Below, one piece after another: positions 38,141-48,374 of a stretch of 64,000 nucleotides of DNA. Below the pieces are notes generated by a model. That model ran no database searches. It was not told the origin of the DNA and saw only the letters and a list, made by a program, of their open reading frames with translations. The stretch comes from an uncultured Flavonifractor sp. (GTDB lineage: Bacteria > Bacillota > Clostridia > Oscillospirales > Oscillospiraceae): assembly GCA_944385625.1 (NCBI GenBank), contig CALWXZ010000001.1, positions 28,130-92,129 on the forward strand, given 5' to 3'. The position numbers and the translations under genes are program-made. How positions within the stretch are numbered: position 1 is the first letter of the stretch; every line of letters begins with the position of its first letter.

Positions 38141-40051
38141 ATGTCGGATACCACGCGGCCCCCGGCAGTACAAAGCCAGGACCTGATCTATGCACTGGAC
38201 ATTGGAACCCGGAGCGTCATCGGGCTGCTGGCCAAAACGGTGGAGGACAAGGTTCAGGTTCTGGCCATGGAAAAGCTGCTCCATACCCACCGGGCGATGA
38301 TGGACGGGCAGATTGAGGACATCGCCCAGGTGGCCGCCGCGGTACGCACCGTCACCGACCGCCTGGAACAGGACGCCGGCTGCAAGCTGGAACGGGCCTG
38401 TGTCGCCGCCGCCGGGCGGGCTCTGCGCACGGAGCAGGGCCACGCCCTGCGGGAGCTGTCCGCCCCCGAACCGGTGACCGAGGCCCTGATCGCCCAGCTG
38501 GAGGCCGCCGCGGTGGCCGAGGCCGAACAGGCCATCCGGGGGGAGGAGGCCGACACCGGCCAGCAGCAGCTGCTGGTGGGCTATACCGCCATCCAGTACT
38601 CCCTGGACGGCTATCCCCTGGCCACCCTTTTGGGCCACACCGGCCGTCGGCTGGAGGCCCAGGTTGTGGCCACCTTCCTGCCCAGCGGCGTGGTGGACAG
38701 CCTGTACGCGGTGATGCGCCGGGCAGGTTTGGAGGTGGCCAGTCTCACCCTGGAGCCCATCGCCGCCCTGAACGCCGCCATTCCCGCCGACCTGCGCCTC
38801 TTAAACCTGTGTCTGGTGGACATTGGGGCCGGCACATCGGACATCGCCGTGTGCCGGGAGGGCACTGTGGTGGGCTACACCATGGCCACGGTGGCCGGCG
38901 ACGAGATCACCGAGGCTCTGATGAAGGAATACCTGGTGGACTACGCCACCGCAGAGCGCATGAAGTTCCAGCTGGGCCAATCGGACACCCTGGCCTTCAC
39001 CGACATTCTGGGCCAGGAGCAGACCTGCACCTGCCAGCAGGCGCAAACTGCGCTGGAGCCCGCCGCCCAGCTGCTGGCCAAGGAGATCGCCCAGCGGGTG
39101 GTCAACCTGAACGGCGCCGCTCCCTCCGCCCTGTTTCTGGCCGGCGGCGGCAGCAAGCTGGCCGGCCTGCGGGAAAAGGTAGCCGACGCCCTCGGCATGG
39201 ACCCCAAGCGGGTATCGGTGGCGGGCGGCCACTTCAAGGCCTCCGCCTTTTCCGACGTTCTCTCCCTGGAGGACCCGGAGTACACCACCCCCCTGGGCAT
39301 CGCCATCTCGGCGGGCCTGGGACTCATTAACGACAGCTGCCAGGTCACTCTCAACGGCGCCCGGGCCAAGCTCTTCCGCAGCGGGGACCTGTCCGCCATG
39401 GATCTGCTGATGATGAACGGGTACACCTACTTTGACCTGCTGGGCAAAACAGGAAAACCCCTGATCCTTCAGGTGGACGGGCGGAGAACCATCTACCACG
39501 GCCAGCCCGCCCAGCCCGCCCAGCTGCGCATCAACGGCCAGGAGGCCCAGCCCTCCGCCCTGATTCACGCCGGCGACGTGGTGGACTTTGTCCCAGCTCA
39601 GGCGGGGGCAGACTGCCGTCTTACCGCCGCCCAGCTGGCCAAGCGCCTGGGCGCATCCGCCATTCTGATGAACGGCGTCCGCCCCGACCCGGACCAGGAG
39701 GTACCCTCCGGCGCCTTTGTGGTGGTGGCCCAGGGGTCCGACCTCCCCGCCGCCCCGACGCCAGCCGCACCGATTCCGGCGGCCCCGGTGGCCCCGGCTT
39801 CTCCGGTCCAACCCCAGCGGGCCGCCGCCACGTCCGTCTTTCTCAATGGTCAGCCCATCGCCCTGCCCGCCAAGGCGGACGGTTCCCCCTACTATGTGAT
39901 GGATCTGCTGGAGCGCACCGGGATCGATTTTCAGCATCTCCAGCGACCGGTGGTCCTGCGCCTTAACGGCGCCGAGTGCCTGTTCCAGCAGGCGCTCCAG
40001 GCGGGAGATCAGGTGAGCATCGGCTATGAGGACGAGGTGAACAATCCGTGA
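38141..40051 (+). CDS. FtsA-like actin-fold ATPase with C-terminal beta-grasp (ThiS/ubiquitin-like) repeats
   Basis: ALDIGTRSV, LTLEPIAAL, VDIGAGTSD, LAGGGSKL; C-terminal repeats V.LNG...L...LL...G...L.ING...L.AGD.V. Confidence 0.8.
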   Translation: MSDTTRPPAVQSQDLIYALDIGTRSVIGLLAKTVEDKVQVLAMEKLLHTHRAMMDGQIEDIAQVAAAVRTVTDRLEQDAGCKLERACVAAAGRALRTEQGHALRELSAPEPVTEALIAQLEAAAVAEAEQAIRGEEADTGQQQLLVGYTAIQYSLDGYPLATLLGHTGRRLEAQVVATFLPSGVVDSLYAVMRRAGLEVASLTLEPIAALNAAIPADLRLLNLCLVDIGAGTSDIAVCREGTVVGYTMATVAGDEITEALMKEYLVDYATAERMKFQLGQSDTLAFTDILGQEQTCTCQQAQTALEPAAQLLAKEIAQRVVNLNGAAPSALFLAGGGSKLAGLREKVADALGMDPKRVSVAGGHFKASAFSDVLSLEDPEYTTPLGIAISAGLGLINDSCQVTLNGARAKLFRSGDLSAMDLLMMNGYTYFDLLGKTGKPLILQVDGRRTIYHGQPAQPAQLRINGQEAQPSALIHAGDVVDFVPAQAGADCRLTAAQLAKRLGASAILMNGVRPDPDQEVPSGAFVVVAQGSDLPAAPTPAAPIPAAPVAPASPVQPQRAAATSVFLNGQPIALPAKADGSPYYVMDLLERTGIDFQHLQRPVVLRLNGAECLFQQALQAGDQVSIGYEDEVNNP

Positions 40052-40758
40052 AGCAACAGATTAAGGCCGCGGCGCTCCTTGTGGCGGTGCTGCTGCTTAC
40101 TTCCTGCGGCGGCTCCAAGGAGCCTCCCCAGGCGTATACCCTGGGGGAGGACAGCCTCCCCTCCCTTACCGCGCTGGTCACTCTGGAGAACGTGCAGTTT
40201 GAAGAGACCACCGGTGAGGACGACGCGGTCACCTATGTCTATTCCGGCCTCTCCAGCGGCGGCGAGACCGCTCAGGCGTATGCCAACGCTCTGGAGTCGG
40301 ATTACGAGTGTACCATCGCCACCGACTCCGAGACCAGCGGCGCGCCTGATTTTGCAGCCTCCTCCGGCCAGGCCCTGGCCGCTCAGCCGCTGGAGGACAG
40401 CGACCAGCTGTTTTTGCTGACCATCCAGTGGGAGGATACCTCCTGCTCCGTCACCCCCTCCCTGGCTGATGCGGACGCCATGCCCCAGCAGGAGGACCAG
40501 TCCGTTACCCTGGATCAGGCTGTAGGTGTGTTGGAAAATATGTCCCCCTCGGCGCTGGGCCTGCCTGGAAGCTCCATGGACGAGTACCTGGTGTACCCCC
40601 AGGAGGGCACTGTCTTTTTGGACGACCAGCCCTGCCTGCTGCTGAACGTCTACTCCGCCTCCACGCACCAGTTTCAAAACAGCTACCTGCTCACCGTTCC
40701 CGCGCTGGAAGTGTATAAGCTGGACCGTGTAACGGGAGAGGCCGCCCCTTTAGCGTGA
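40048..40758 (+). CDS. Lipoprotein of unknown function
   Basis: Signal peptide with lipobox LTSC; GTG overlaps the stop of the FtsA-like gene. Confidence 0.75.
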   Translation: MKQQIKAAALLVAVLLLTSCGGSKEPPQAYTLGEDSLPSLTALVTLENVQFEETTGEDDAVTYVYSGLSSGGETAQAYANALESDYECTIATDSETSGAPDFAASSGQALAAQPLEDSDQLFLLTIQWEDTSCSVTPSLADADAMPQQEDQSVTLDQAVGVLENMSPSALGLPGSSMDEYLVYPQEGTVFLDDQPCLLLNVYSASTHQFQNSYLLTVPALEVYKLDRVTGEAAPLA

Positions 40759-40848
40759 GGCGGACAGGCGTTGATTTCCCACGCAGTTCTTTTCCCGCGT
40801 TTCAATTTTTAGACCTATCCCGTCCGGTTTCCTCTTCGCGACAGGAAC

Positions 40849-40889
40849 AAGCGGCTGCAGCCATTCATTTTGCAGCCGCTTTCTTTTTT
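40849..40889 (+). terminator. Terminator after the lipoprotein gene
   Basis: AAGCGGCTGCA/TGCAGCCGCTT stem followed by a T tract. Confidence 0.7.
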
Positions 40890-40901
40890 CACATTTCCCC
40901 T

Positions 40902-40929
40902 TTAACTTTTCGACATTTATTGTCGATAA
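40902..40929 (+). promoter_or_regulatory. Sigma28 promoter of the second MCP
   Basis: TTAA-N16-GTCGATAA. Confidence 0.72.
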
Positions 40930-40985
40930 GCATTATGAGCTCTACTATAACTTTCCACAGGCAATGGGGGAGGAGATCTGTCATC

Positions 40986-42980
40986 ATGAAAAGCATTCGT
41001 CAAAAGCTTCTGATCTGCTTTTTGGCCCTAGCCGGCATTGCCGCGCTGGTGTGCGGCGGAGTGGGAATCTTCGCCAGCTACTCCAGCAGCCAAAGCATTC
41101 TGAAGCAAACTATGGCCGCTGCCGCCGATGAAACGGCCCAGCGTGTCACCTACCAGCTGCGCTCCTATGAGAACGCCGTTGAAGCCCTGGGCATGGTTCC
41201 CAACCTCAGCGATCCCACGGTTTCTGTGGCGGACAAGCAGTCCCTTCTGAATTCCTGGGTGTCCCACTACGGCATGGCCCGGGGCAATGTGCTGTCCACC
41301 AACGGCGTGAGCCTGTTTGACGGCAACAACTACTCCGACCGGGAGTACTTCCAGGAAGCCATCCAGGGCAACACCTGGATCTCCACGCCTACAATCAGCA
41401 AGATCACCGGGGAGCTGTCCATCATGGTGGCCGCTCCGCTGTGGCAGAACGGCATTCAGGGCAGCCAGATCGTGGGCGTGGTCTACTTCGTCCCCGAGGA
41501 GACCTTCCTCAACGACATCATGTCCGCCATTAAGGTCAGCGAAAACGGCGGCGCGTATATGCTGGACAAGGACGGCAACACCATCGCCGACACCACCATG
41601 GACACCATTTGCAACCAGAACATCGAGCAGGAGGCCCAGAGCGATTCCAGCCTGGAGGCCCTGGCTTCCATGCACACCCAGATGCGTCAGGGTGAGAGCG
41701 GTTTTGGCTCCTACCGCTCCGGCGGCGTGTCCAAGTATCTGGCCTACGCCCCCGTCTCCGGCACCGACGGCTGGAGCCTGGGCGTTACCGCTCCTGTCTC
41801 CGACTTTATGGGCAGCACCTACCGCAATATTATGATTATCGCGGTGCTGGTGATTGTGGTGGTGGTCCTGGCCGTGCTGATCTCCATCCGGATCGCCAAC
41901 GGCCTGGGCAAGCCCATCCGGGAGTGTGCCCACCGTCTGCAGCTGCTGCAGGAGGGCGACCTCACCTCTCCCGTGCCGGAGTTCAACCGCAAGGATGAGA
42001 TTGGCCTGCTCACCGACGCCACCAACCAAATCGTCCACGTCCTCCAGGGCATCATCGAGGACATCGGCTATCTGCTGGGAGAGATCGCCCGGGGCAACCT
42101 GAATGTCCGCTCCAAAAACCACGCGCTCTATGTAGGCGACATGAGCGCGGTGCTCACTACCCTCCAGGAGTTGGAGCAGGAGCTGAGCGACACCATGTCC
42201 CAGATCAATTCCGCCGCCGAGCAAGTCTCCACCGGCGCAGAGCAGGTCTCTTCCGGCGCCCAGGCTCTGGCTCAGGGCGCCACCGAGCAGGCCAGCTCCG
42301 TCCAGGAACTGTCCGCCACCATCAATGACATCAACACGACCGCCAGCGACAACACCAAGGCGGCCAAGCAGGCTCAGGAGAAAGCCAACCAGGCGGGGAC
42401 CCAGGTGGCGGCCTGCAACGACAAGATGGGCGAACTGAAGCAGGCCATGTCCGACATCTTCCAGGGCCACCAGGAGATCAGCCAGATCATTGCGGCCATC
42501 GAGAATATTGCCTTCCAGACCAATATTCTGGCCCTGAATGCCGCCGTGGAGGCCGCCCGGGCCGGCAGCGCCGGCAAGGGCTTTGCCGTGGTGGCCGACG
42601 AAGTGCGCAGCCTGGCCTCCAAGTCCGACCAGGCCGCCAAGCAGACCAAGGAAATGATCGAGCACTCCATGAATAACGTGGAGCGGGGCAACAGCCTCAC
42701 CGACGAGGTGAGCCAGGCTCTGGATGAAACCGTCTCCTTCACCCAGGAGGCTGTGTCCCTCATGAACCAGGTGGCCGAGAATATCGTTACCGAGACCGAC
42801 TCCATCCACCAGGTCTCCGAGGGTACCGACCAGATCTCCAGCGTGGTGCAGACCAACTCCGCCACGGCCGAGGAATCCGCCGCCGCCAGCGAGGAGCTGT
42901 CCGGCCAGTCCCAGCTGCTCAAGGAGCTGGTGGCCCGGTTCACCCTGCGCACCGACGACGCCGGCGCCTCTCTGGGCTAA
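40986..42980 (+). CDS. Methyl-accepting chemotaxis protein with dCache-type sensor
   Basis: [34 protein letters not shown] and MCP signalling motifs; ATG at 40986. Confidence 0.95.
   Translation: MKSIRQKLLICFLALAGIAALVCGGVGIFASYSSSQSILKQTMAAAADETAQRVTYQLRSYENAVEALGMVPNLSDPTVSVADKQSLLNSWVSHYGMARGNVLSTNGVSLFDGNNYSDREYFQEAIQGNTWISTPTISKITGELSIMVAAPLWQNGIQGSQIVGVVYFVPEETFLNDIMSAIKVSENGGAYMLDKDGNTIADTTMDTICNQNIEQEAQSDSSLEALASMHTQMRQGESGFGSYRSGGVSKYLAYAPVSGTDGWSLGVTAPVSDFMGSTYRNIMIIAVLVIVVVVLAVLISIRIANGLGKPIRECAHRLQLLQEGDLTSPVPEFNRKDEIGLLTDATNQIVHVLQGIIEDIGYLLGEIARGNLNVRSKNHALYVGDMSAVLTTLQELEQELSDTMSQINSAAEQVSTGAEQVSSGAQALAQGATEQASSVQELSATINDINTTASDNTKAAKQAQEKANQAGTQVAACNDKMGELKQAMSDIFQGHQEISQIIAAIENIAFQTNILALNAAVEAARAGSAGKGFAVVADEVRSLASKSDQAAKQTKEMIEHSMNNVERGNSLTDEVSQALDETVSFTQEAVSLMNQVAENIVTETDSIHQVSEGTDQISSVVQTNSATAEESAAASEELSGQSQLLKELVARFTLRTDDAGASLG
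42510..42650 (+). repeat. 141-bp direct repeat, copy 2 (MCP signalling tip)
   Basis: See copy 1 at 37553-37693. Confidence 0.85.
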
Positions 42981-42984
42981 GGTT

Positions 42985-43035
42985 TAAAAAAGCAGCGGCA
43001 GAAACCACCGTCGTGTGGCTTCTGCCGCTGTTTTT
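42985..43035. terminator. Bidirectional terminator between MCP2 and hemerythrin
   Basis: A6-CAGCGGCAGAA...TTCTGCCGCTG-T5. Confidence 0.8.
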
Positions 43036-43042
43036 ATGGTCT

Positions 43043-43450
43043 TTATTTACCACCCTGTTCCTTGATGTAGCGGGCCAGGCGCTTGTCCTCGGTGCGGATG
43101 TGGGAGACCAGCACCCCGATCACCTGGTTGAGATCGCCCAGCGCCTTGATGCTGGGGCCGTCAATTAACAGCCGCTGGGACTTGTCCGCCAGCTGGCGGC
43201 GGTAGCCGTCATGGAAGGTCTTGTGGGCCTGATAACCGGGGTATTTGTTCTTCACCTGCAGGTTCTCCTCGTCCCCGAAGTGCTTGACCACATAGTCGCT
43301 TAAAAACTTCACCGTCTTCTGAATCTGATCCCGCCCCTTGCCCTGGGAGCAGGCGTCCATCAGATCGTTGACCGCGGCAAACAGCTGGCGGTGCTCCGAG
43401 TCGATCAGGGCATTTCCGGTCACAAGATCCGCTGTTACTTCATAGCGCAT
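43043..43450 (-). CDS. Single-domain bacterial hemerythrin
   Basis: IDSEHRQL, HFGDEE, HKTFH, HIRTED supply the H/H/E/H/H/H/D di-iron ligands. Confidence 0.92.
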   Translation of the reverse strand: MRYEVTADLVTGNALIDSEHRQLFAAVNDLMDACSQGKGRDQIQKTVKFLSDYVVKHFGDEENLQVKNKYPGYQAHKTFHDGYRRQLADKSQRLLIDGPSIKALGDLNQVIGVLVSHIRTEDKRLARYIKEQGGK

Positions 43451-43533
43451 GGGATAACGCTCCTTTCTTTTCTGCGAAGAACTGCTGTCCTTCGTTTGGT
43501 TTCTAATCCGGAGAAATTTTCTCTCCTTTCTTT

Positions 43534-43560
43534 ATATCGTCCAAACTGGAAAAAACATAA
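43534..43560 (-). promoter_or_regulatory. Sigma28 promoter of hemerythrin
   Basis: TTAT-N15-GACGATAT on the minus strand. Confidence 0.65.
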
Positions 43561-43611
43561 GGAAGTATAAAATTTCTTTATGGTGTTTCCCTGGATTTTT
43601 CCACCCGGCCC

Positions 43612-43638
43612 TTATTTTTCGGCCATATGGGCCGATAT
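43612..43638 (+). promoter_or_regulatory. Sigma28 promoter of flgM-flgN-flgK-flgL
   Basis: TTAT-N15-GCCGATAT. Confidence 0.75.
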
Positions 43639-43713
43639 ATAAAGTGAAAGACATTTTCGCGCCGGGCCCTCGCGGCTGAACTTTGCAAAGGAACGTGAGA
43701 AGGAGGACTTCAT

Positions 43714-44016
43714 ATGCTACGGATCTATCCCGGCGGGAGCAGCCCCGTCAGCGGCGCTTCCCTTCACAACCGAAAATCCGACCTCTCCACCCCTGTTTCC
43801 GCAGAGCAGCGGTACGATCAGATCCAGTTCTCTTCTCACCTGGATGAGACCGCACGGCGCGTGAAGGAGACCGTGGGACGGCTATCCCAGGAGATCCGCA
43901 CCCAGGTGACCACCAAGGATGTGGAGCGGCTGCGCCAGCAGGTGGTCAGCGGGGAGTACCAGCCCTCCCCCCGGGAGATCGCCGCCCGGATGCTGCTGCT
44001 GAGGGAGGACGATTGA
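43714..44016 (+). CDS. flgM: Anti-sigma28 factor FlgM
   Basis: C-terminal VERLRQQVVSGEYQPSPREIAARML; position ahead of flgN. Confidence 0.8.
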   Translation: MLRIYPGGSSPVSGASLHNRKSDLSTPVSAEQRYDQIQFSSHLDETARRVKETVGRLSQEIRTQVTTKDVERLRQQVVSGEYQPSPREIAARMLLLREDD

Positions 44017-44019
44017 TTC

Positions 44020-44457
44020 ATGGATATGCAGGCGTACTTTTCCTTCCTGTCGCAGCTGCGTCAGGCTCTGGATTCCCTGACCGCTCTGGAGCAGGAGAAG
44101 CTCCAGGCCGTCCAGGCAGGCAACCTGGAGGCTCTGGATGCGTGCATGAAGCGGGAGCAGGTGGCCACCCTGGACCTGCGGGGCCGGGAACAAAAGCGCG
44201 TCCAATTGCTCAGACAGTTGGGCCTGGAGCAGGTCTCCCTGCGGGATCTGCCCAGTCACTGTTCCCCCCAGGACCGGGGGCAGGCGGCACAGCTGAGTGA
44301 GCAGGTCCTGCGCAGCTACCAGGTGCTTGCCAGCGCCCAGCAGGCGGCCCGCACCCTGATGGAGTCCAATCTGCGCCACATCCAGCAGGAATTGGACCGG
44401 CGGCAGGCCCAGGAGGCCCCCGCCCCCAAGAAATCGCAGACCGACTTCCGAGTTTGA
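44020..44457 (+). CDS. flgN: Chaperone FlgN
   Basis: Helical, EQEKLQAV...LEQKR-like pattern, between flgM and flgK. Confidence 0.78.
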   Translation: MDMQAYFSFLSQLRQALDSLTALEQEKLQAVQAGNLEALDACMKREQVATLDLRGREQKRVQLLRQLGLEQVSLRDLPSHCSPQDRGQAAQLSEQVLRSYQVLASAQQAARTLMESNLRHIQQELDRRQAQEAPAPKKSQTDFRV

Positions 44458-44470
44458 GAGGAGCACAGCA

Positions 44471-46078
44471 ATGGGTACTTTTGGTTCGTTTACGACCGTC
44501 CGTCTGGGCATCTATTCCGCCCAGAAGGGACTGGATGTGACCGGCAATAATATTACGAATATCAACACCGAGGGCTACACCCGCCAACGGCTCAATCAGG
44601 TCAGCCTGATTCCCTCAGCCGTTGACCGCTATTCCTCCAGCTACAACGCCCGCATCGGTCAGGGCTCCGTGGTGGCCGGGATCACCCAGCTGCGGGACCC
44701 CGGGCTGGATATCCTGTACCGGCGGTCCAACGCCGACGTGGGCTCCGCCAACGCCAAGCTGGACGGTCTCAACTCCCTGGCCGACATTCTGGACGAGGTG
44801 GGCAAGGGGGACCTGGAGCAGGATGACGGCGTCATCCTCAGCCAGCTCAATGATATGCGGGACCTCATCAGCCAGGCCATTGCCAGCGGCGGCTCCAGCA
44901 CCTACAACGACCTGATCCGTTCCTCCGCCGACGCTCTGGTCACCCACTTCAACTCCTACGCCAACAAGCTTACCCAGCTGCATGGCACCTATGAGACCAA
45001 GCTGGACCAGCAGGTCACCGAGGTCAACGATATCCTCACCCAGATCCGGGATCTGAACCTGTCCATCCGGGACGCCGACCTGCGTGGGGACCCCGGTCTG
45101 GAGCTGCGGGACCAGCGCAATCTGCTGCTGGATAATCTCAGCGAATATATGGACATCGACGTGACCTACTCCATGGAGGACGTGGGGGCCAACACCCAGG
45201 TGGAGAAGCTCACCGTCACCCTGGCCAACAGCACCGGCCAGACGGGCAATATGCTGGTGGATGGTCTGTATGCCACCCAGCTGAGTTCCGGCACCGAGGC
45301 GGACGGATATGCTGTCACGCTGTCAGCCCTAAAGAACGACAAGGGTGAACTTCATCCCGACACCGGTAACAAAGATGTGCAGTTAGCGGAGGGCGATCTG
45401 TACGGCTCCATCCAGTCCATCCGGGATATTCTCACCGGCGAGGGGGAATTTGCCTCTCAAGATGATATCAATCATGACAAGGACGCCTCCACCACCCGGG
45501 GCATCCCCTACTATCAAAAGGCCCTGGATTCCCTGGCCCATGAGTTTGCCGCAAAGATGAATGAACTCAACAACACCGGCCTGACGGGGGGCGGCAACCT
45601 GTTCAGCATGGGCAGCGATACCAATGACGCCAGTAACATTACCGCCAGCAACATTTCTGTGTCCATGGATTGGGCCAACCAGAAGGTTACCGTTCAGACC
45701 ACCGCCGAAATCAACGCCCCCAGCGGCGATACCTCCCGCCTGGCGGAGTTTCTTGCCCTCTTTGACAGCGAGATCAGCTTTGATCCCACGAATGTGCAGG
45801 GTGACGCCGCCGGCGACCCCTTCAACGGCACCTTTGAGGATATGCTGCTGAAGATCCAGTCCACCCTGGGCGAGGACCAGATGAGCACCGACTCCATCCT
45901 GAACAACTATACCGTAACGCTGGGCGATTTGTACGTGGACCGGCAGGGCGTCACCGGCGTGGACCTGAACGACGAGGCCGCCAACCTGATGACCTATCAG
46001 AAGGCCTATACCGCCGCCTGCCGGCTGATGACCACGCTGAACGAGGCGCTGGACTCTCTGATTAACGGGACCCTCTAA
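44471..46078 (+). CDS. flgK: Hook-associated protein FlgK
   Basis: GNNITNINTEGYTRQR, LRDQRNLLLD, GVDLNDEAANLMTYQKAY. Confidence 0.95.
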   Translation: MGTFGSFTTVRLGIYSAQKGLDVTGNNITNINTEGYTRQRLNQVSLIPSAVDRYSSSYNARIGQGSVVAGITQLRDPGLDILYRRSNADVGSANAKLDGLNSLADILDEVGKGDLEQDDGVILSQLNDMRDLISQAIASGGSSTYNDLIRSSADALVTHFNSYANKLTQLHGTYETKLDQQVTEVNDILTQIRDLNLSIRDADLRGDPGLELRDQRNLLLDNLSEYMDIDVTYSMEDVGANTQVEKLTVTLANSTGQTGNMLVDGLYATQLSSGTEADGYAVTLSALKNDKGELHPDTGNKDVQLAEGDLYGSIQSIRDILTGEGEFASQDDINHDKDASTTRGIPYYQKALDSLAHEFAAKMNELNNTGLTGGGNLFSMGSDTNDASNITASNISVSMDWANQKVTVQTTAEINAPSGDTSRLAEFLALFDSEISFDPTNVQGDAAGDPFNGTFEDMLLKIQSTLGEDQMSTDSILNNYTVTLGDLYVDRQGVTGVDLNDEAANLMTYQKAYTAACRLMTTLNEALDSLINGTL

Positions 46079-46109
46079 TTTGGCGCTTTGATTTCGAGGT
46101 GAATGAACG

Positions 46110-47252
46110 ATGATGCGCATAACCACCAATTCTACCCTTTATACCTATCAGAAAAATCTGCTGAAAAATTCCAATCAGCTCTACTCCGCCATGAACTCCC
46201 TGACCACTGGACGGAATTTTGACAGCTATTCCGCCGATCCCGCCGCCGCCACCCGGGCTTTTCAGATTCACAGCTCCCTGAATGCCACCAACGCCCAGGT
46301 ATCCAACAACAAGACGGTGTACAACAAGTTCTCCTCCGCCTGGGACATGGCCGACGACATGATAAATAACCTGACCCACGACCTGGGCGAAACGCCTCTG
46401 CTCAGCGGTTTGAACCAGCCCAGCTGGAGCACCCTGAATACCCAGGGGGACGTGATTCTCTCCGGCGCCGAGGCCATGGTGCAGAGCCTGAACGCCAAAT
46501 ACGACGGCAACTACGTCTTCAATGGCGCGGACACCAAAAATCCGCCCTTCGCCATTGAAACTGAAGGGGATAACTATTACCTCACCTACCGCAACGTGCG
46601 GGTGGATGATGATCCCGATTCTGAGTATTATGCACAGGAATACAAGGATATAAACGGCAACAGGCTGTATGATAAGAACGGAAATGCGCTCACCAACAAA
46701 GAGGCGCTAGACCTGTTTTCCAGTGGCCCCGAGCACCAGTATGTGGATATCGGCATCGGCTTCAAGGTGGATAATACCGGCGACGTGGTAGACTCCACCG
46801 CCTTTGACGCCGCCATCTCCGGCCTGGACTTTATTGGCGGCAGCGGACTGGACGCGGACGGCGACCCCAAAAACATCGTCTCCATTATGCTCCGGGCCGC
46901 CGAGGTGTTCAAGGGCTACGACCAGGCCAGCGCGGCCAACGGGGAAGGCGGAAGCTGGGGCGCCGCCGGCAACTACGAGGACGCCAAGCGTCTGGTAGAG
47001 AAATTCACCTCCGCGCAGGAGAATTTGAGCAACCAGCACATCCAGCTGGAAACCAAGGCCAAATACCTGCAGACCAACCAGACCCAGTTGGAGAGCACCT
47101 TCTATTCTCTGAATACCGAGCTCAACAGCATCGAGAAGATTGACGATGTGGAGGCCATTCTGGCCCTGGTCTCCGCGCAGACCAGCTACAACGCCGCCAT
47201 CCAGGTCGGCGCCAATATTGTACCGCAATCTCTGATGGACTACCTCAACTAA
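46110..47252 (+). CDS. flgL: Hook-associated protein FlgL
   Basis: MRITTN, TGRNF...DPAAA, YVFNG, C-terminal YNAAIQVGANIVPQSLMDYL. Confidence 0.9.
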   Translation: MMRITTNSTLYTYQKNLLKNSNQLYSAMNSLTTGRNFDSYSADPAAATRAFQIHSSLNATNAQVSNNKTVYNKFSSAWDMADDMINNLTHDLGETPLLSGLNQPSWSTLNTQGDVILSGAEAMVQSLNAKYDGNYVFNGADTKNPPFAIETEGDNYYLTYRNVRVDDDPDSEYYAQEYKDINGNRLYDKNGNALTNKEALDLFSSGPEHQYVDIGIGFKVDNTGDVVDSTAFDAAISGLDFIGGSGLDADGDPKNIVSIMLRAAEVFKGYDQASAANGEGGSWGAAGNYEDAKRLVEKFTSAQENLSNQHIQLETKAKYLQTNQTQLESTFYSLNTELNSIEKIDDVEAILALVSAQTSYNAAIQVGANIVPQSLMDYLN

Positions 47253-47304
47253 GGTTCTCCGTCCTGAAGTCCGCGCCCCGCGCGAGGAAGGAGTATTCAG
47301 CGTC

Positions 47305-47910
47305 ATGTATCCTCTGATTGAGATCAAAACGGTTCCTATTGAGATCCAGATGAAGGTGACCCGGGCCCGTCTGGAGTATGCCAGAGGCACCGCTCAGGTA
47401 GAAATCTCCCGGGATAAGGGCGGGCTGAATATCCGCAGCCAACCCATCAAGGTGAACCTGGACACCTTCGAGGCCCGCAACTCCGTCTCCCCCACTACCG
47501 CCACCGTGATCCAGCAGCAGGCGCAGGCCGGGGTGGAGGGGGCTTATCAGGCCACCGGCGTGCTGGCCCGGGCTGGGCGGATGATGATGGAGGCCAAGAT
47601 CAATCAGGATGTGATTCCCCAACTGGCCAAGCAGAAAACCCTCGGCCAGCCCGCCAACCTGAACATCAACTTTCTGCCCTCCACCGGCCCTGACATCAGC
47701 TGGGACGGGGGCGAAATCAGCATCCAGTATCAGATGGATAAGCTCAATTTTGACTGGCGCATGGAGCAGATGAGCTTCACCTTTGTCCCCGGCGACATCG
47801 AATTCACCATGACCCAGCGCCCCGACGTCATCATCAAGTATGTGGGCGGGCCTCTGTATGTGCCCCCCTCTTCCGACCCGGATTATGAGCCGGTGGATGT
47901 CAACGTCTAA
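47305..47910 (+). CDS. DUF6470/YviE-like protein
   Basis: Sequence style and conserved flgL-yviE-fliW-csrA order. Confidence 0.65.
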   Translation: MYPLIEIKTVPIEIQMKVTRARLEYARGTAQVEISRDKGGLNIRSQPIKVNLDTFEARNSVSPTTATVIQQQAQAGVEGAYQATGVLARAGRMMMEAKINQDVIPQLAKQKTLGQPANLNINFLPSTGPDISWDGGEISIQYQMDKLNFDWRMEQMSFTFVPGDIEFTMTQRPDVIIKYVGGPLYVPPSSDPDYEPVDVNV

Positions 47911-47927
47911 CCAGAGGAGGAACTGCC

Positions 47928-48374
47928 TTGCAGCTGGATACAAAATATTTTGGGCACATCACTTACGCCCCGGAGGACGTGCTGGACTTTCCCAACGGCC
48001 TGTTTGGCTTTGAGACAGAGAAGCGCTTTTTGCTGCTCCCCTTCTCCGGCAGCCAGGGGAATATGCTGTGTCTGCAGAGCGTGGCCGCCCCTTCCCCCGC
48101 TTTTATCCTGATGAATCCCTTCTCCCTGAAGCCGGACTACGCCCCCCAGCTCTCCGCCGAGGAGCTCAGGCTGATGGGGGTGTCCCACAGCCGTGAGCTG
48201 TGCTATTATGTCATGTGCGTGGCTCGGGAGCCGGTGGGGGAGAGCACCGTCAACCTGCGCTGTCCGGTGGTGGTCAACCCCGACCGGCATCGTGCCTGCC
48301 AGGTCATCCTGGATACCAAGGACTACCATATGCGCCACCGTCTGGACGAGTTTTCCAACAAGGGGGTGGGCTAA
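47928..48374 (+). CDS. fliW: Flagellar assembly factor FliW
   Basis: TKYFG, FPNGLFGFE, LQS, NPF, TVNLRCPVVVN, QVIL. Confidence 0.93.
   Translation: MQLDTKYFGHITYAPEDVLDFPNGLFGFETEKRFLLLPFSGSQGNMLCLQSVAAPSPAFILMNPFSLKPDYAPQLSAEELRLMGVSHSRELCYYVMCVAREPVGESTVNLRCPVVVNPDRHRACQVILDTKDYHMRHRLDEFSNKGVG

Noticed and set aside
38141-40051. Calling the actin-fold gene true ftsA or pilM
   Set aside because: No ftsZ/ftsQ or pilNO/pilB/pilin context, and the C-terminal architecture differs from both
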